Below, in pieces: positions 37,401 to 46,423 of a DNA stretch of 64,000 nt. Under the pieces are notes generated by a model. The model made no database searches, was not told where the DNA came from, and saw only the letters and a program-made list of their open reading frames with translations. Position 1 is the stretch's first letter, and every line of letters starts with the position of its first letter. Both the position numbers and the translations under genes were made by a program. Source of the DNA: an uncultured Arcobacteraceae bacterium (lineage in GTDB: Bacteria; Campylobacterota; Campylobacteria; Campylobacterales; Arcobacteraceae); assembly GCA_965603755.1 (NCBI GenBank), contig CBFDEF010000001.1, positions 2,052 through 66,051 of the forward strand, read 5' to 3'.

Positions 37401-39718
37401 AAATTAATAGTTGTTTTATTTACAATGCTCATCCATCGTGATGCAATTTCTCTTTTTTGTTGTCTAGTTATATTATTTAACGCTTTTGTTAAAATATTGG
37501 CTAATATTTTATATTCTTTTTTTGTAGCCATATAAATTTTTGCTGTATTTCTACTATTTACTGTATTATTTATTTTAATATTTGTTAATAGATTATTTTC
37601 AATAACAAATGTTGTTGAAGGATTATCCCCAATAAACACATCACTCTCTTTTGATTCAACTGATTTTAAACAATCCAAAATTGTAGGTTTTACTATTATT
37701 TTTACTTCTGGATGATTTTCTTTTATCCAATCAATTATTGCATAACCTTTTGCAGCTGCGACTATTTTTCCTTTTAAATCTTTCATATGATTTATCTCAG
37801 GACTATCAACTCTAGTAAAAAAATATTCAGGAAGACTTAAATAAGAAGTTGTGAAATTTGCATATTTCTTTCTATCCTCATTTATATATAAGGCAGGGAG
37901 CATATCAATTTCGCCATTTTTTAAGGCATCAATTAATTCTGTCCAATTTTTACCAATATCATATTTAAATTTCAATCCCGTCAAATTTGTAATTACTTCA
38001 AAATAATCTTTTGCTAGTCCAGTATATGCACCTGACTCATCAACAAAATCAAATGGAGCCCAATCCATCTCACCTCCAACAGTAATAATAGGATGATTTT
38101 TTATCCAACTGATCTCTTCTTTTGTTAGGTTTAGAGAGGTCTCTTTTTTTGAATAATCTTTATCTCTAAATAGTGCTATCTTTTCTTTTGGTATTACACT
38201 ATAAGCTTTATTTATGATTGAGGTAAGCTCATTATATTTTTTATTTATCCCTAGTGATACTTCACTATATTTATTGTATATTGTTTCTACAACTTTTAAA
38301 TTATACTTATCAAGTTTAGCTTGATTTATATTATATAAAATCATTGCAACAGCTTCATTGGTAGTTGATAATTTTTTGTACATATCTTCTTCTGTTAATA
38401 GATCAATTACTTTTGTTGTTTTTGATACATCTTCAATGATTTTATGAGTTATTGACTTTGTTTTAAGATATATTGTATTCTCTTTTAAATCAGATAAAGA
38501 GTGAATATCTTTATTCTCTTTTTTTACAATTAAATAGTGTGGTGTAAAATTATAAGCTTTTGTATAATTGAAATATTTTTTTTCTCTCTCCTTGCTCCAG
38601 CTTAAATTCATAATACCGTGAATATCTTTTCCAACACTTGCAGAAGAAAATCCATCTTTCCATGCATCATACCGTACCGGCATAATATTTAAATTTGAAT
38701 ATTTATTAATTAATTTTAAAATATCAGTATGAATACTGTTACCATCATCGTCTGCAACCCAATAATTCATAACAGCAATTTTAACCATTGGATTATTTTT
38801 CATCCATTTTTTTTCTTCTTTAGTTAGAGTTATAAGTGAATTAGAATTAATTTTATCTACTATCAACATAATATCTTCAAATATTTTATTTTCTATTGTT
38901 TGAATCAGTTCAATTTTTTTTCCGATACTTTTAGACCAATCTTTTGAATTAGCAAAAACTTTATCACCAGATAATATTTTTAATGCTAATTTCTCAAATT
39001 CTTCAACTTTTTCTAATGTTATATCATCCATAGTTTTAAAATATAAATTTTTCATTTTAGTATCTGCATTATGTAAAAAACTTTTCAAGTAAATTTTTTC
39101 TGTTGTATCCGCTGTAAAATAATACTCAAATATATTTTTTGAAAAATTTACATTTGAAAATAATGAACATAATGCAGCCCTTTTTTGACTAAGACTCTCT
39201 TTATTCATATGTATAATAGAGTAAAGATATAATTTATTATTTAACTCTTCATTTTCAAACATATCAGTAATATTTGAAATATTCATTAACATAAATGATA
39301 TTGTTTGAGTATATTTAGAATATGATTTTGTAAAATCTGACTTTAAAATCTTTACTTCATCTCTAGTCTTATATAACTGATCAAATGTATTAAATAAAGC
39401 TTTACTTTGTTCTTTTGAAAAATATTTTTCAAAGATATTTTGATTATTGTTTATAATACTATTTAATATCTTTATTTTTTTGTCACTTTTTCTTATAATA
39501 GATTTAAGTTTTTTATCAAATTTCTTACCATTTGAGCTTATATATACACATGAGGCTCCTCTTTCTTCTTGTAAGGAGTTAATTGTGTCACTCATTGATG
39601 AGATTAATGAAATCACTATATCAAGATGAGTTTGATTTTGTTTGTAATTGTCATTGGCATTAACAAATGTAGTAGTGATATAAAAAAATAATATTAATAA
39701 ATTTACTCTATAATTCAT
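34412..39718 (-). CDS. 1768-aa multidomain sensor: NIT-like, 3x family-3 SBP modules, TM, 2x PAS, SpoIIE/PP2C phosphatase, RsbW/SiaB-like GHKL domain
   Basis: NIT-like 'LQEERGASCVYISS'. Three PBPb modules are each preceded by 'LTKEE..W(M/I)K' ('MDWAPFDF', 'PDWAPFEW'). TM 'WLLVGQVSGIIFLGLVVVLL'. PAS 'HTDLNGIITHVSEAFCEISGY'. PP2C 'GGDIY', 'IDCTGHGVPGA', 'TDGYLDQ', 'DDMTVISF'. GHKL 'ELTQNMMKYS', 'HGGGIGFYE'. Confidence 0.85.
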   Translation of the reverse strand: MNYRVNLLILFFYITTTFVNANDNYKQNQTHLDIVISLISSMSDTINSLQEERGASCVYISSNGKKFDKKLKSIIRKSDKKIKILNSIINNNQNIFEKYFSKEQSKALFNTFDQLYKTRDEVKILKSDFTKSYSKYTQTISFMLMNISNITDMFENEELNNKLYLYSIIHMNKESLSQKRAALCSLFSNVNFSKNIFEYYFTADTTEKIYLKSFLHNADTKMKNLYFKTMDDITLEKVEEFEKLALKILSGDKVFANSKDWSKSIGKKIELIQTIENKIFEDIMLIVDKINSNSLITLTKEEKKWMKNNPMVKIAVMNYWVADDDGNSIHTDILKLINKYSNLNIMPVRYDAWKDGFSSASVGKDIHGIMNLSWSKEREKKYFNYTKAYNFTPHYLIVKKENKDIHSLSDLKENTIYLKTKSITHKIIEDVSKTTKVIDLLTEEDMYKKLSTTNEAVAMILYNINQAKLDKYNLKVVETIYNKYSEVSLGINKKYNELTSIINKAYSVIPKEKIALFRDKDYSKKETSLNLTKEEISWIKNHPIITVGGEMDWAPFDFVDESGAYTGLAKDYFEVITNLTGLKFKYDIGKNWTELIDALKNGEIDMLPALYINEDRKKYANFTTSYLSLPEYFFTRVDSPEINHMKDLKGKIVAAAKGYAIIDWIKENHPEVKIIVKPTILDCLKSVESKESDVFIGDNPSTTFVIENNLLTNIKINNTVNSRNTAKIYMATKKEYKILANILTKALNNITRQQKREIASRWMSIVNKTTINFTEEEQKLLDRKQSLTYVYNPDWAPFEWTNELGKHSGIIPDVLSLISSKTNIEFIPISTKSWKESVRKMENNEVNMYSAVVENEERKKYAQFTTKKIYSTPAVLVTRVDDDTVYIDIKNALENKRVAIVKGNALENYIRTTYPMLNLQILNSTKEGFDSLNDKKIDIFVVNASTAQYFIKRKGYTDIRIATKIDFNFDIKIAIQKNMPTEIISILDKAISDISEKELSDIYYKWTEVTIQKETDWLLVGQVSGIIFLGLVVVLLSNYKLKTTVEKKTADIENQKNELENLVASFEKNVIFSHTDLNGIITHVSEAFCEISGYSKDELLGKPHSMLRHPDMPNEVFIELWDLLQKQSCFKTDIKNLKKDGSYYWLESKFEPIYDNKNNHIGYSALRVDITNKKEVEELKINLEKKVEEQTKDLKEQFEVIEKAQYETEQILSNILLPVLITSKENRKVLYANKYAQRQYEMPLNKIIGRSIDDVYTVENQQQYIIEEIEKKGFVENLEQTFKKSNGKEFTALLSVTPITYHDVDSYIGMVTDISKQKIIENEVRTVHKQTRDSIEYAALIQGALIPDNNLLGNYFKDYFVIWHPKDTVGGDIYLFNELRNDDECLLMYIDCTGHGVPGAFVTMLVKAVEREIVSIIKNNKDMEVSPAWIMRYFNRTMKILLKQETKNSLSNVGWDGGIIYYNRKQQILKFAGAETPLFYIDTDGTFNTIKGNRYSVGYKKCDMDYEYKETIIEVKEGMKFYCTTDGYLDQNGGEKDFPFGKKRFGNIIKDYHTYSMFEQEEIFLYEMNRYENMIVNNDRNDDMTVISFEIKEPSTSPDIILEYDGVLTQGIITHCMDILEHNISNIGILGNISTMAIELTQNMMKYSKSKDTVCRDIRPAGLIYVEKTDDDKYYLRSKNIISIEDKDKIEPKLLEIQALDQDGVKKRYRELRRSGENTHEHGGGIGFYEIAKFAQSIEYNFKAINKEKFSFEFSAVVVARKKEKTKV

Positions 39719-39776
39719 GATTAACCTTAATATCTATAAATTACTACTATTATATCGAGTATTATATAAATTTTAT

Positions 39777-40241
39777 TTAGATATTTAGAAATTTAATCTC
39801 TGTCTCGTTATATACAGTTATATTATTATTTGCAAGTTGTTTTGTTGTTACACCAAGAGATTCTATTTTAGTCGAAGTAAATGTTCCATCATATATAAAG
39901 TTATTTGAACATGATGGAGAATTAGCTTTCAGTAAAGCTATTTTAATACCCTCTTTTTTACAAAGTTCTAATGTTTTATTTGCACCATTTATAAACTCTA
40001 TAGTTTTATCTTCATTATTTTTATTGATTATTTTTAAAGGCTTTTGTGAGATTAATTCACATGGAATTCTAGGAGTTGGTAAGCCACCTGCTACCTCTGG
40101 ACAAAAAGAAAAAAGCTCATATTTTTCTTTTAATTTTTCTATTATAAGTTTGTCTAAAGAATTATTTGTTCCATCGTATTTCACATTTTCACCCAACAAA
40201 CAACTACTAATTAAAAGTTTTTCTTTCAAAATTATCTCCAC
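39777..40241 (-). CDS. DUF523-family protein (TudS/YbbK-like)
   Basis: 'LLISSCLLGENVKYDG' is the DUF523 signature N-terminus. The track start is GTG at 40241; a TTG at 40229 preceded by GGAG is an alternative. Confidence 0.7.
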   Translation of the reverse strand: MEIILKEKLLISSCLLGENVKYDGTNNSLDKLIIEKLKEKYELFSFCPEVAGGLPTPRIPCELISQKPLKIINKNNEDKTIEFINGANKTLELCKKEGIKIALLKANSPSCSNNFIYDGTFTSTKIESLGVTTKQLANNNITVYNETEIKFLNI

Positions 40242-40256
40242 AAATTTGGCATAAAA

Positions 40257-40284
40257 AAACCCTCACAGAAATTTGCAAGGGTTT
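40257..40284 (-). terminator. Rho-independent terminator or attenuator hairpin between porB and the DUF523 gene
   Basis: Stem aaaccct/agggttt with a 14-nt loop, followed on the minus strand by UUUUUUU. Ends about 10 nt before the DUF523 start. Confidence 0.6.
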
Positions 40285-40305
40285 AAGTTTTTGTCGTAAA
40301 CCAAG

Positions 40306-40337
40306 AGTAAACTCTTTTCTTACGAAAGGAGTTTACT
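40306..40337 (-). other. Stable hairpin in the porB-DUF523 spacer
   Basis: Perfect 9-bp stem agtaaactc/gagtttact, extendable by 3 A-U pairs after one mismatch. Confidence 0.6.
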
Positions 40338-40392
40338 ATCAGTAAATGACTGAAGTAAAAAAGTGTTTAATCGCCGTGTTTATGACAAAAAA

Positions 40393-41382
40393 TTAAACTC
40401 TTGATTCTTCACGACGCTGTAGGTAGTCCCAATCTTTGTCTACTCTTTTTTGCCACTCATCAATTAAGTATTCATACTCAGGTTTAAATAAATGTTTAAA
40501 TCTTGGTTGTACACCTAAGTAATCTCTTACTGGTACAATATTTTTTGGTCTATATGTGATATTTAATTCTCTACCATCAATAATTTCATATAATGGGAAT
40601 ACTAATGAATCAGTAGCCATATCAGAAACTTCAATTGTTTGGTGAATAGGGAATTTCCACTCTGTTGTACAAGCTGACATTGCATTAATATATACAGGTC
40701 CGTTTGCATCAAATCCTTTTTGGATTTTCTTAACCATATCTTTCCATTTATTTGGAGCAATTTGAGCAACATAAGGAGCACCATGTGCAGCCATGATTTG
40801 CATCATATCTTTCTTATGTTGTTTTTCACCATAAGATGTAGATCCAGCAGGTGTTGTTGTAGCACTTGCTCCAATAGGTGTAGAAGATGATCTCTGACCA
40901 CCTGTATTTGCATAAACTTCATTGTCTAAACAAACATACATCATATTATGACCTCTTTCAAAACATCCTGAGATCCATTGAAAACCGATATCGTAAGTAG
41001 CACCATCTCCACCGAAAGCCACAAACTTAGGCTCAGGAGTATCAGCAGAAATTCTACCTTTTGCTCTTAATGCTTTATTTGCAGCTTCAGCTCCAGCAAT
41101 AGCAGTAGAACCATTCTCAAATCCAATATGAATCCAAGAACAATCCCATGATGTATGAGGATAAATAGCTGTACAAACTTCAAGACAACCTGTAGATGCA
41201 CCAACAACTAAATTGTCATTTGTAGCATTTAAAATCTCTCTTACAATAATAGAGTGAGCACACCCTGGACATAAAACATGAGCACCTTCAAATCTTTCAG
41301 CAGCAGTTGAGAAAGATTTTAAGTTTTTAATCTCTTTATTTCCTTGTGGTGGAGTACATCCACCAATTAAACTACAACCCAT
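40393..41382 (-). CDS. porB: Pyruvate (2-oxoacid):ferredoxin/flavodoxin oxidoreductase, beta (TPP-binding) subunit
   Basis: 'CPGCAH', 'GGDGATYDIGF' TPP motif, 'LDNEVYANTGGQ'. Last gene of a gamma-delta-alpha-beta operon. Confidence 0.9.
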   Translation of the reverse strand: MGCSLIGGCTPPQGNKEIKNLKSFSTAAERFEGAHVLCPGCAHSIIVREILNATNDNLVVGASTGCLEVCTAIYPHTSWDCSWIHIGFENGSTAIAGAEAANKALRAKGRISADTPEPKFVAFGGDGATYDIGFQWISGCFERGHNMMYVCLDNEVYANTGGQRSSSTPIGASATTTPAGSTSYGEKQHKKDMMQIMAAHGAPYVAQIAPNKWKDMVKKIQKGFDANGPVYINAMSACTTEWKFPIHQTIEVSDMATDSLVFPLYEIIDGRELNITYRPKNIVPVRDYLGVQPRFKHLFKPEYEYLIDEWQKRVDKDWDYLQRREESRV

Positions 41383-41383
41383 T

Positions 41384-42637
41384 TTATTTTCCTTCTACAT
41401 TAAAGTATTTAAGTTCTGGTCCTCTAACTCCAACCCATCTTTGGATTGTACCGTTTAGTTTACCATTATTAACTTCTTCTTGAGCTGTTTCATAAATCTC
41501 TTCAAGCTCAATAACTGTCATATCTCTACCACCTAGTCCATAAATAACATCACTCATAAGAGGACGAGCAGGAGTATTAATAAGTGAAGATGAAATATCA
41601 TGAAATAATAATCCTAGTTGACCACCAGGTGCAGCTCTATCCATACATACAATAGCTTTTGCATTTTTTAACTTTTGGGCTAACATTTCAACTCTAGTTG
41701 GTCTAAATACACGAGGCATAATAATACCAGCTTTGATACCTTTTGCTCTCATATTATCAGCAGCAATTTGAGCTGTTTCAAAAGTTGTACCTAAACATGC
41801 GATAACAACATCAGCATCTTCAAGTTTATACTCTTCAATCATATTGTATTTTCTACCAGAAATCTTTTCAAAATCTGCGAAAACTTCTTCAATAACTTTT
41901 GGAGATTTCATCATAGCATCATTTTGTTTTGCTTTATGCTCCATATGCCAATCAGACTCTGTTTGTACACCATGTGTTACAGGCTTGTCAAAGTTTAACA
42001 TAGAGTTAATTTCTAAGTAAGGCCCAACGAATTCACCTACAACTTCATCTGTAAGTGTTCTTACATTTTGAGCCGTATGTGATGTCATAAATCCATCTTG
42101 ATTTGCAACTACTGGAAGTCTTACATCTTTATGCTCACCAATTCTAAATGCACAGATAGTCATATCATAAGCTTCTTGAGGATTACAAGAATCAAGTGAA
42201 ATCCAACCAGATTGATTCATCATATACATATCACTATGGTCACCATTTACATTAAGTGGTGCTGCTAATGCTCTATTAATTAAACATAAAACAATTGGCA
42301 TTCTCATACCAGATGCTTGATATAATGTTTCAATCATAAGTGCAAGACCTTGAGATGCAGTTGCTGTTGCAGCTCTAGCACCAGAAGCAGCAGCTCCAAT
42401 ACATCCAGACATAGCAGCATGTTCTGACTCAACCATCATGATCTCACCATCTACATATCCATTTGCATGAAAACCTGCATAACCTTCAACTGTACCTGTT
42501 GATGGTGTAATAGGATAAGCAGACATAACATCAACACCAGCTTGTCTTAAAGCTTGGGCATTAGATGTATTTCCATCCCATACTTCAACAGTATTTAATT
42601 CCATTATTTTTCTATTTTGTGCCATTTGGTTATTCAC
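41384..42637 (-). CDS. porA: Pyruvate (2-oxoacid):ferredoxin oxidoreductase, alpha subunit
   Basis: 'SAYPITPST', 'ESEHAAMS', 'ATASQGLALM'. 417 aa. Confidence 0.9.
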   Translation of the reverse strand: MNNQMAQNRKIMELNTVEVWDGNTSNAQALRQAGVDVMSAYPITPSTGTVEGYAGFHANGYVDGEIMMVESEHAAMSGCIGAAASGARAATATASQGLALMIETLYQASGMRMPIVLCLINRALAAPLNVNGDHSDMYMMNQSGWISLDSCNPQEAYDMTICAFRIGEHKDVRLPVVANQDGFMTSHTAQNVRTLTDEVVGEFVGPYLEINSMLNFDKPVTHGVQTESDWHMEHKAKQNDAMMKSPKVIEEVFADFEKISGRKYNMIEEYKLEDADVVIACLGTTFETAQIAADNMRAKGIKAGIIMPRVFRPTRVEMLAQKLKNAKAIVCMDRAAPGGQLGLLFHDISSSLINTPARPLMSDVIYGLGGRDMTVIELEEIYETAQEEVNNGKLNGTIQRWVGVRGPELKYFNVEGK

Positions 42638-43097
42638 CTTTCTTTTTCGATTCTTTTTCTGGCCATTGACCTAAAGCATCTTCATTTTTTAAATTTTCAT
42701 CAAACATTATAAGTGATTTTGGATTTGTAGGACAAACTTCCACACAGATTCCACAACCTTTACAGTGATCATAATCAATACCAACCATCTCTTTATCTCT
42801 TGAGATAATTGATGAATCTGGACAATATAACCAACAGTTTTGACAATCAATACATAAATCAACATTCCAAACTGGCTTAACTACTCTCCAGTCACCTACA
42901 TATTTATTCATAGAGTTTGTTTCAGCTACATTTCTATCTTCTGGATTAACATTAACTACTGTATGGTCAATATCTCCTTCAAAAGAATAAACTGCTGCTC
43001 CAGGAACTACTTGATCCCAACCCATATCCCAAATTGAATTTTCAAACTGGTCTTTACTTTTATATAATTTTGTTGTTACATCACTATGTTGTGCCAT
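42630..43097 (-). CDS. porD: Pyruvate:ferredoxin oxidoreductase, delta (2x[4Fe-4S]) subunit
   Basis: 'CIDCQNCWLYCP' and 'CKGCGICVEVCP'. Confidence 0.9.
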   Translation of the reverse strand: MAQHSDVTTKLYKSKDQFENSIWDMGWDQVVPGAAVYSFEGDIDHTVVNVNPEDRNVAETNSMNKYVGDWRVVKPVWNVDLCIDCQNCWLYCPDSSIISRDKEMVGIDYDHCKGCGICVEVCPTNPKSLIMFDENLKNEDALGQWPEKESKKKGE

Positions 43098-43106
43098 ATT
43101 CTACTC

Positions 43107-43670
43107 CTATTTAACTTCGTCGTATGCTCGTTGGATAGCCAACATATTTGCATCAACAATTTTTTGAGGTAATTTTGCAAGAACTGATTTCATAGCATTT
43201 TTAAAATCTTCAATTGGGAACATACCACTAATTTTCATAAATGCACCAAGAACTGGTGTATTTGGAATTGGTCTACCAATAGTCTCTTGAGCAATTTTTA
43301 AACAATCAACAACAAATACTCTATCTTCTATACCTTGAATAGCTGGGATTAAAGATACTAATTCATCTTTTGATAGATGAGAAGTAATAATATATTGAGT
43401 TGTATCCTTAGCATACTGTGTAATATCATCAGTAAAAGCTAAACCTGGATCGATTACAAAAACATAATCTGGATGCATATATTTTTCATGATTTAAAATC
43501 TGAGTATCATCAATTCTGTTATAAGCAGTCATTGATGCCCCTCTTTTTGCAGAACCATAAAAAGCAAAAGCTTGTACTTCTTTACCAGTTTCAGCAACTA
43601 CTGAACCTAAACCTTTAGCACCTGTAACAGCACCTTGACCAGCACGACTGTGCCATCTAATCTCTAGCAT
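43107..43670 (-). CDS. porC: Pyruvate:ferredoxin oxidoreductase, gamma subunit
   Basis: 'IRWHSRAGQGAVTGAK' gamma-subunit N-terminus. First gene of the operon, as in Helicobacter porCDAB. Confidence 0.9.
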   Translation of the reverse strand: MLEIRWHSRAGQGAVTGAKGLGSVVAETGKEVQAFAFYGSAKRGASMTAYNRIDDTQILNHEKYMHPDYVFVIDPGLAFTDDITQYAKDTTQYIITSHLSKDELVSLIPAIQGIEDRVFVVDCLKIAQETIGRPIPNTPVLGAFMKISGMFPIEDFKNAMKSVLAKLPQKIVDANMLAIQRAYDEVK

Positions 43671-43749
43671 ATTGTCTCCTAAATTTTTAAATATTAACTA
43701 TTTATAATTATATGAGTCAATTTTAAACAATTACAACTTATAATTTGCT

Positions 43750-44445
43750 TTAGAAATACTTATTTTGTATCAATTTTACAGCTTCTAAAGAATCTGTAAC
43801 AATATTGGATGTATATTGAATTAAATCATCTTTTTTACCATATCCACATAACACCGCAACACTACTTATATTTGCTTCATTTGCAGCTATTATATCTAGT
43901 TTTGTATCACCTATCATAAAAATATTTTCATGTGCTATTAAATTCATATTTTCAAGTGCTTTTAAGACTGGTTCAGGGTGTGGTTTTGGATTTTCTACCT
44001 CTTGTCTGCCAATAATAGTTTCAAAGTATTTAATTATCCCGAAATTTTCTAATAATGGTATCGTATATGCAGTTGTTTTTGTTGTTACGATGCCTAGTCT
44101 AGCAAAACTAGAAGCTAACTCAACAGTTTTTAATGCATTTTCTAAAAGATATGTTTGCTCTTGTGATATTTTTCTATACTCTTTTTTATAACTATCAACA
44201 AAATCCCACACTTTACTTTTATCTACTCCAAGGTTACCATACATAATATCAAGTGGATACCCTATCTCATTTTTAATATCATCAACAACCCCAATAAAAT
44301 CAAAATCTAATTCTTTAAATGAGTGATAAAAACACCCAACAATTGCATCTGTACTATCTATAAGTGTCCCATCAAGATCAAATAAGATTATTATCTCTTT
44401 ATTTTTATTTTCTACTATTTCTTTTTTACTCATTCTTTTATCCAA
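43750..44445 (-). CDS. HAD-superfamily phosphatase (phosphoglycolate phosphatase-like)
   Basis: Motif I 'FDLDGTLIDS', motif II 'GIVTTK', motif III/IV 'KPHPEP' and 'MIGDTKLDI'. Overlaps the upstream SBP gene by 16 nt. Confidence 0.8.
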   Translation of the reverse strand: MDKRMSKKEIVENKNKEIIILFDLDGTLIDSTDAIVGCFYHSFKELDFDFIGVVDDIKNEIGYPLDIMYGNLGVDKSKVWDFVDSYKKEYRKISQEQTYLLENALKTVELASSFARLGIVTTKTTAYTIPLLENFGIIKYFETIIGRQEVENPKPHPEPVLKALENMNLIAHENIFMIGDTKLDIIAANEANISSVAVLCGYGKKDDLIQYTSNIVTDSLEAVKLIQNKYF

Positions 44446-45935
44446 TCCTCTTGATTATGCATTAATCCAGTTAATGCTGGTGTTACATTTTTTATATTTT
44501 TATTGACTGATGTTATACTATTTGGAATATATAAAAAAAGATAAGGTATATCATCACTAATTTTTTTAAATATATTTTTGTATATTTTACTTAACTCTTT
44601 TTTATCTATAGTGATTTCACCTTGTTCTATTAGCTTATCAACTTCAATATTTTTATATCCAACCATATTAAATCCACCAGTTTTATCACTGCTGCTGTGC
44701 CAAATTGATTTTGCATCTGGCATCAATGACAATCCCCAACCTAATATAATAGCATCAAATTTTCTAGGATGAACAATTGTATTTAAAAAAGCTTGCCACT
44801 CCATAACTCTAATTTTCATATCTATCCCTGAAAATGACAATTGATATTGCAAAATCTCAGCTGCATTTACCCTTGTAGAGTTATTTGCATTCGTGATAAC
44901 TTCAAATGAAAATCTATTGTTTTCATCAAAACCAGCCTCTTTTAAAATTCTTTTTGCTTTTTTTATATTTTGTATTGGAGTTTTAATATCTTCATTAAAA
45001 GCAAAAGTACCTGGTAAAAAAGGTCCATTACAAACTTTTGCATGACCAAAAAATAGTATTTTTGATAGTTCATCCCTATTTATAGATAAACTTATAGCTT
45101 CTCTAATTCTTTTATCTTTAAATTTTTCACTTTTTAGATTAAAACCCAGATAAGTATAACCAAAACTTGGTTTTTCAAATATATTGAAATCATTTTTAAA
45201 CTCTTTATCTATTTGCCTATCAACTTGAATTGGAGTTAATCCTCCCATATCAAGTTGCTTTTGTTTTAACATATAAAATGATGTAGTTGGATCTGGGACA
45301 AATTTATAGTGGATTTTTTTAATCTTTGGTATTTTTCCAAAGTACTCTTTATTTACATTTAGAATTATATCTTGAGATATTTTTAACTCTTTTAATTTAT
45401 ATGAACCTGTTCCAATTGGATGTTTATTAAATTTACTTGTCATTAAATCTTTTTCATCTTTTAAAATATGATAAGGTAAAATCCCAACCATCCAAATCTC
45501 TAATGCTTTAAAATACGGTTCTTTATATTTTATCTCTATACTATATTTATTTATAACTTTTACTGACTTTACTTTTGTAAAGCTTGTTGTTGTAGGTGTA
45601 TATATTTTTGGATTATTTATCATATTATATGTAAACAAAATATCATTTGCTGTTAGATTTACCCCATCATGCCATTTTATATTTTCTTTTAGATTTACTA
45701 TTAATGTTTGATTATCTTTAAATTTATATGATGAAGCTAAATCAACAACTACGTTTCCATCTTTATCATATTTAAAAAGTCCATTAAATATCCAATTAGA
45801 TATTTCACTACTTGCACTATCTGTTGATAAAATTGGATTAATTCTACTTGGGTTTGATGAAATTGATAAATTAAGTGTACTTGAGTTAAGTGTTGTTATA
45901 AATATTAAGAATATAAGTATTGATTTTTTATGCAT
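44430..45935 (-). CDS. Family-5 (peptide/nickel, OppA/DppA-like) ABC solute-binding protein, orphan
   Basis: Start reassigned to ATG 45935 (MHKKSILIFLIFITTLNSS signal peptide). 'WHDG' and 'Y.L.E' family-5 features. No permease or ATPase genes nearby. Confidence 0.8.
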   Translation of the reverse strand: MHKKSILIFLIFITTLNSSTLNLSISSNPSRINPILSTDSASSEISNWIFNGLFKYDKDGNVVVDLASSYKFKDNQTLIVNLKENIKWHDGVNLTANDILFTYNMINNPKIYTPTTTSFTKVKSVKVINKYSIEIKYKEPYFKALEIWMVGILPYHILKDEKDLMTSKFNKHPIGTGSYKLKELKISQDIILNVNKEYFGKIPKIKKIHYKFVPDPTTSFYMLKQKQLDMGGLTPIQVDRQIDKEFKNDFNIFEKPSFGYTYLGFNLKSEKFKDKRIREAISLSINRDELSKILFFGHAKVCNGPFLPGTFAFNEDIKTPIQNIKKAKRILKEAGFDENNRFSFEVITNANNSTRVNAAEILQYQLSFSGIDMKIRVMEWQAFLNTIVHPRKFDAIILGWGLSLMPDAKSIWHSSSDKTGGFNMVGYKNIEVDKLIEQGEITIDKKELSKIYKNIFKKISDDIPYLFLYIPNSITSVNKNIKNVTPALTGLMHNQEDWIKE

Positions 45936-45955
45936 TTTGAATTGTACATAAAAAA

Positions 45956-45981
45956 AGCTAAAAAGAAAAATCTTTTTAGCT
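45956..45981 (-). terminator. Rho-independent terminator downstream of rpsI
   Basis: Perfect 10-bp stem agctaaaaag/ctttttagct with a 6-nt loop, flanked by A- and T-runs. Confidence 0.75.
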
Positions 45982-46029
45982 TTTTTGTAAACCAAGATTT
46001 TAAACCTTGGAAATAATAAAGTGTATCTA

Positions 46030-46419
46030 TTATCTTTTTGAGAACTGCGGAGATCTTCTCGCTTTTCTTCTTCCTGGCTTCTTTCTTTCAACAACTCTCG
46101 CGTCTCTAGTAAGTAAACCATGAGGCTTAAGTATAGTTCTGAATTGCTCATCATAAGCAACTAGAGCTCTACTAATACCATGTCTTAAAGCATCAGCTTG
46201 TGCAGAGTAACCACCACCTAAAGTTTTAGCTACAATGTTTACAGATTCTAATTGTTTAGAAACTTCTAATGGTTGTCTAACTCTTTTTTTAAGAGCTTCA
46301 TGACCACCAAGCCATACATTTAAAGGTTGACCATTTACTGTAATCTCACCTTTTCCAACTTCTAGCCATACTTTAGCTATAGCTCTTTTTCTTCTTCCCG
46401 TTGCATATACTTTTGCCAT
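46030..46419 (-). CDS. rpsI: 30S ribosomal protein S9
   Basis: 'YATGRRK.AIA', C-terminal '[16 protein letters not shown]'. Confidence 0.95.
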   Translation of the reverse strand: MAKVYATGRRKRAIAKVWLEVGKGEITVNGQPLNVWLGGHEALKKRVRQPLEVSKQLESVNIVAKTLGGGYSAQADALRHGISRALVAYDEQFRTILKPHGLLTRDARVVERKKPGRRKARRSPQFSKR

Positions 46420-46423
46420 CTAA

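Noticed and set aside
40393-43670. Whether this four-subunit oxidoreductase is 2-oxoglutarate:acceptor oxidoreductase (oorDABC) rather than por.
   Set aside because: The gene order gamma-delta-alpha-beta matches Helicobacter porCDAB, whereas the oor operon is delta-alpha-beta-gamma. Substrate specificity still cannot be proven from sequence alone.
45936-46160. The 576-aa version of the family-5 SBP ORF, with a 75-aa N-terminal extension.
   Set aside because: The extension overlaps the 3' end of rpsI in another frame and runs through the rpsI terminator. It is followed by a clean Met plus signal peptide (MHKKSILIFLIFITT) at 45935. I treat it as an artefact of calling the longest ORF.
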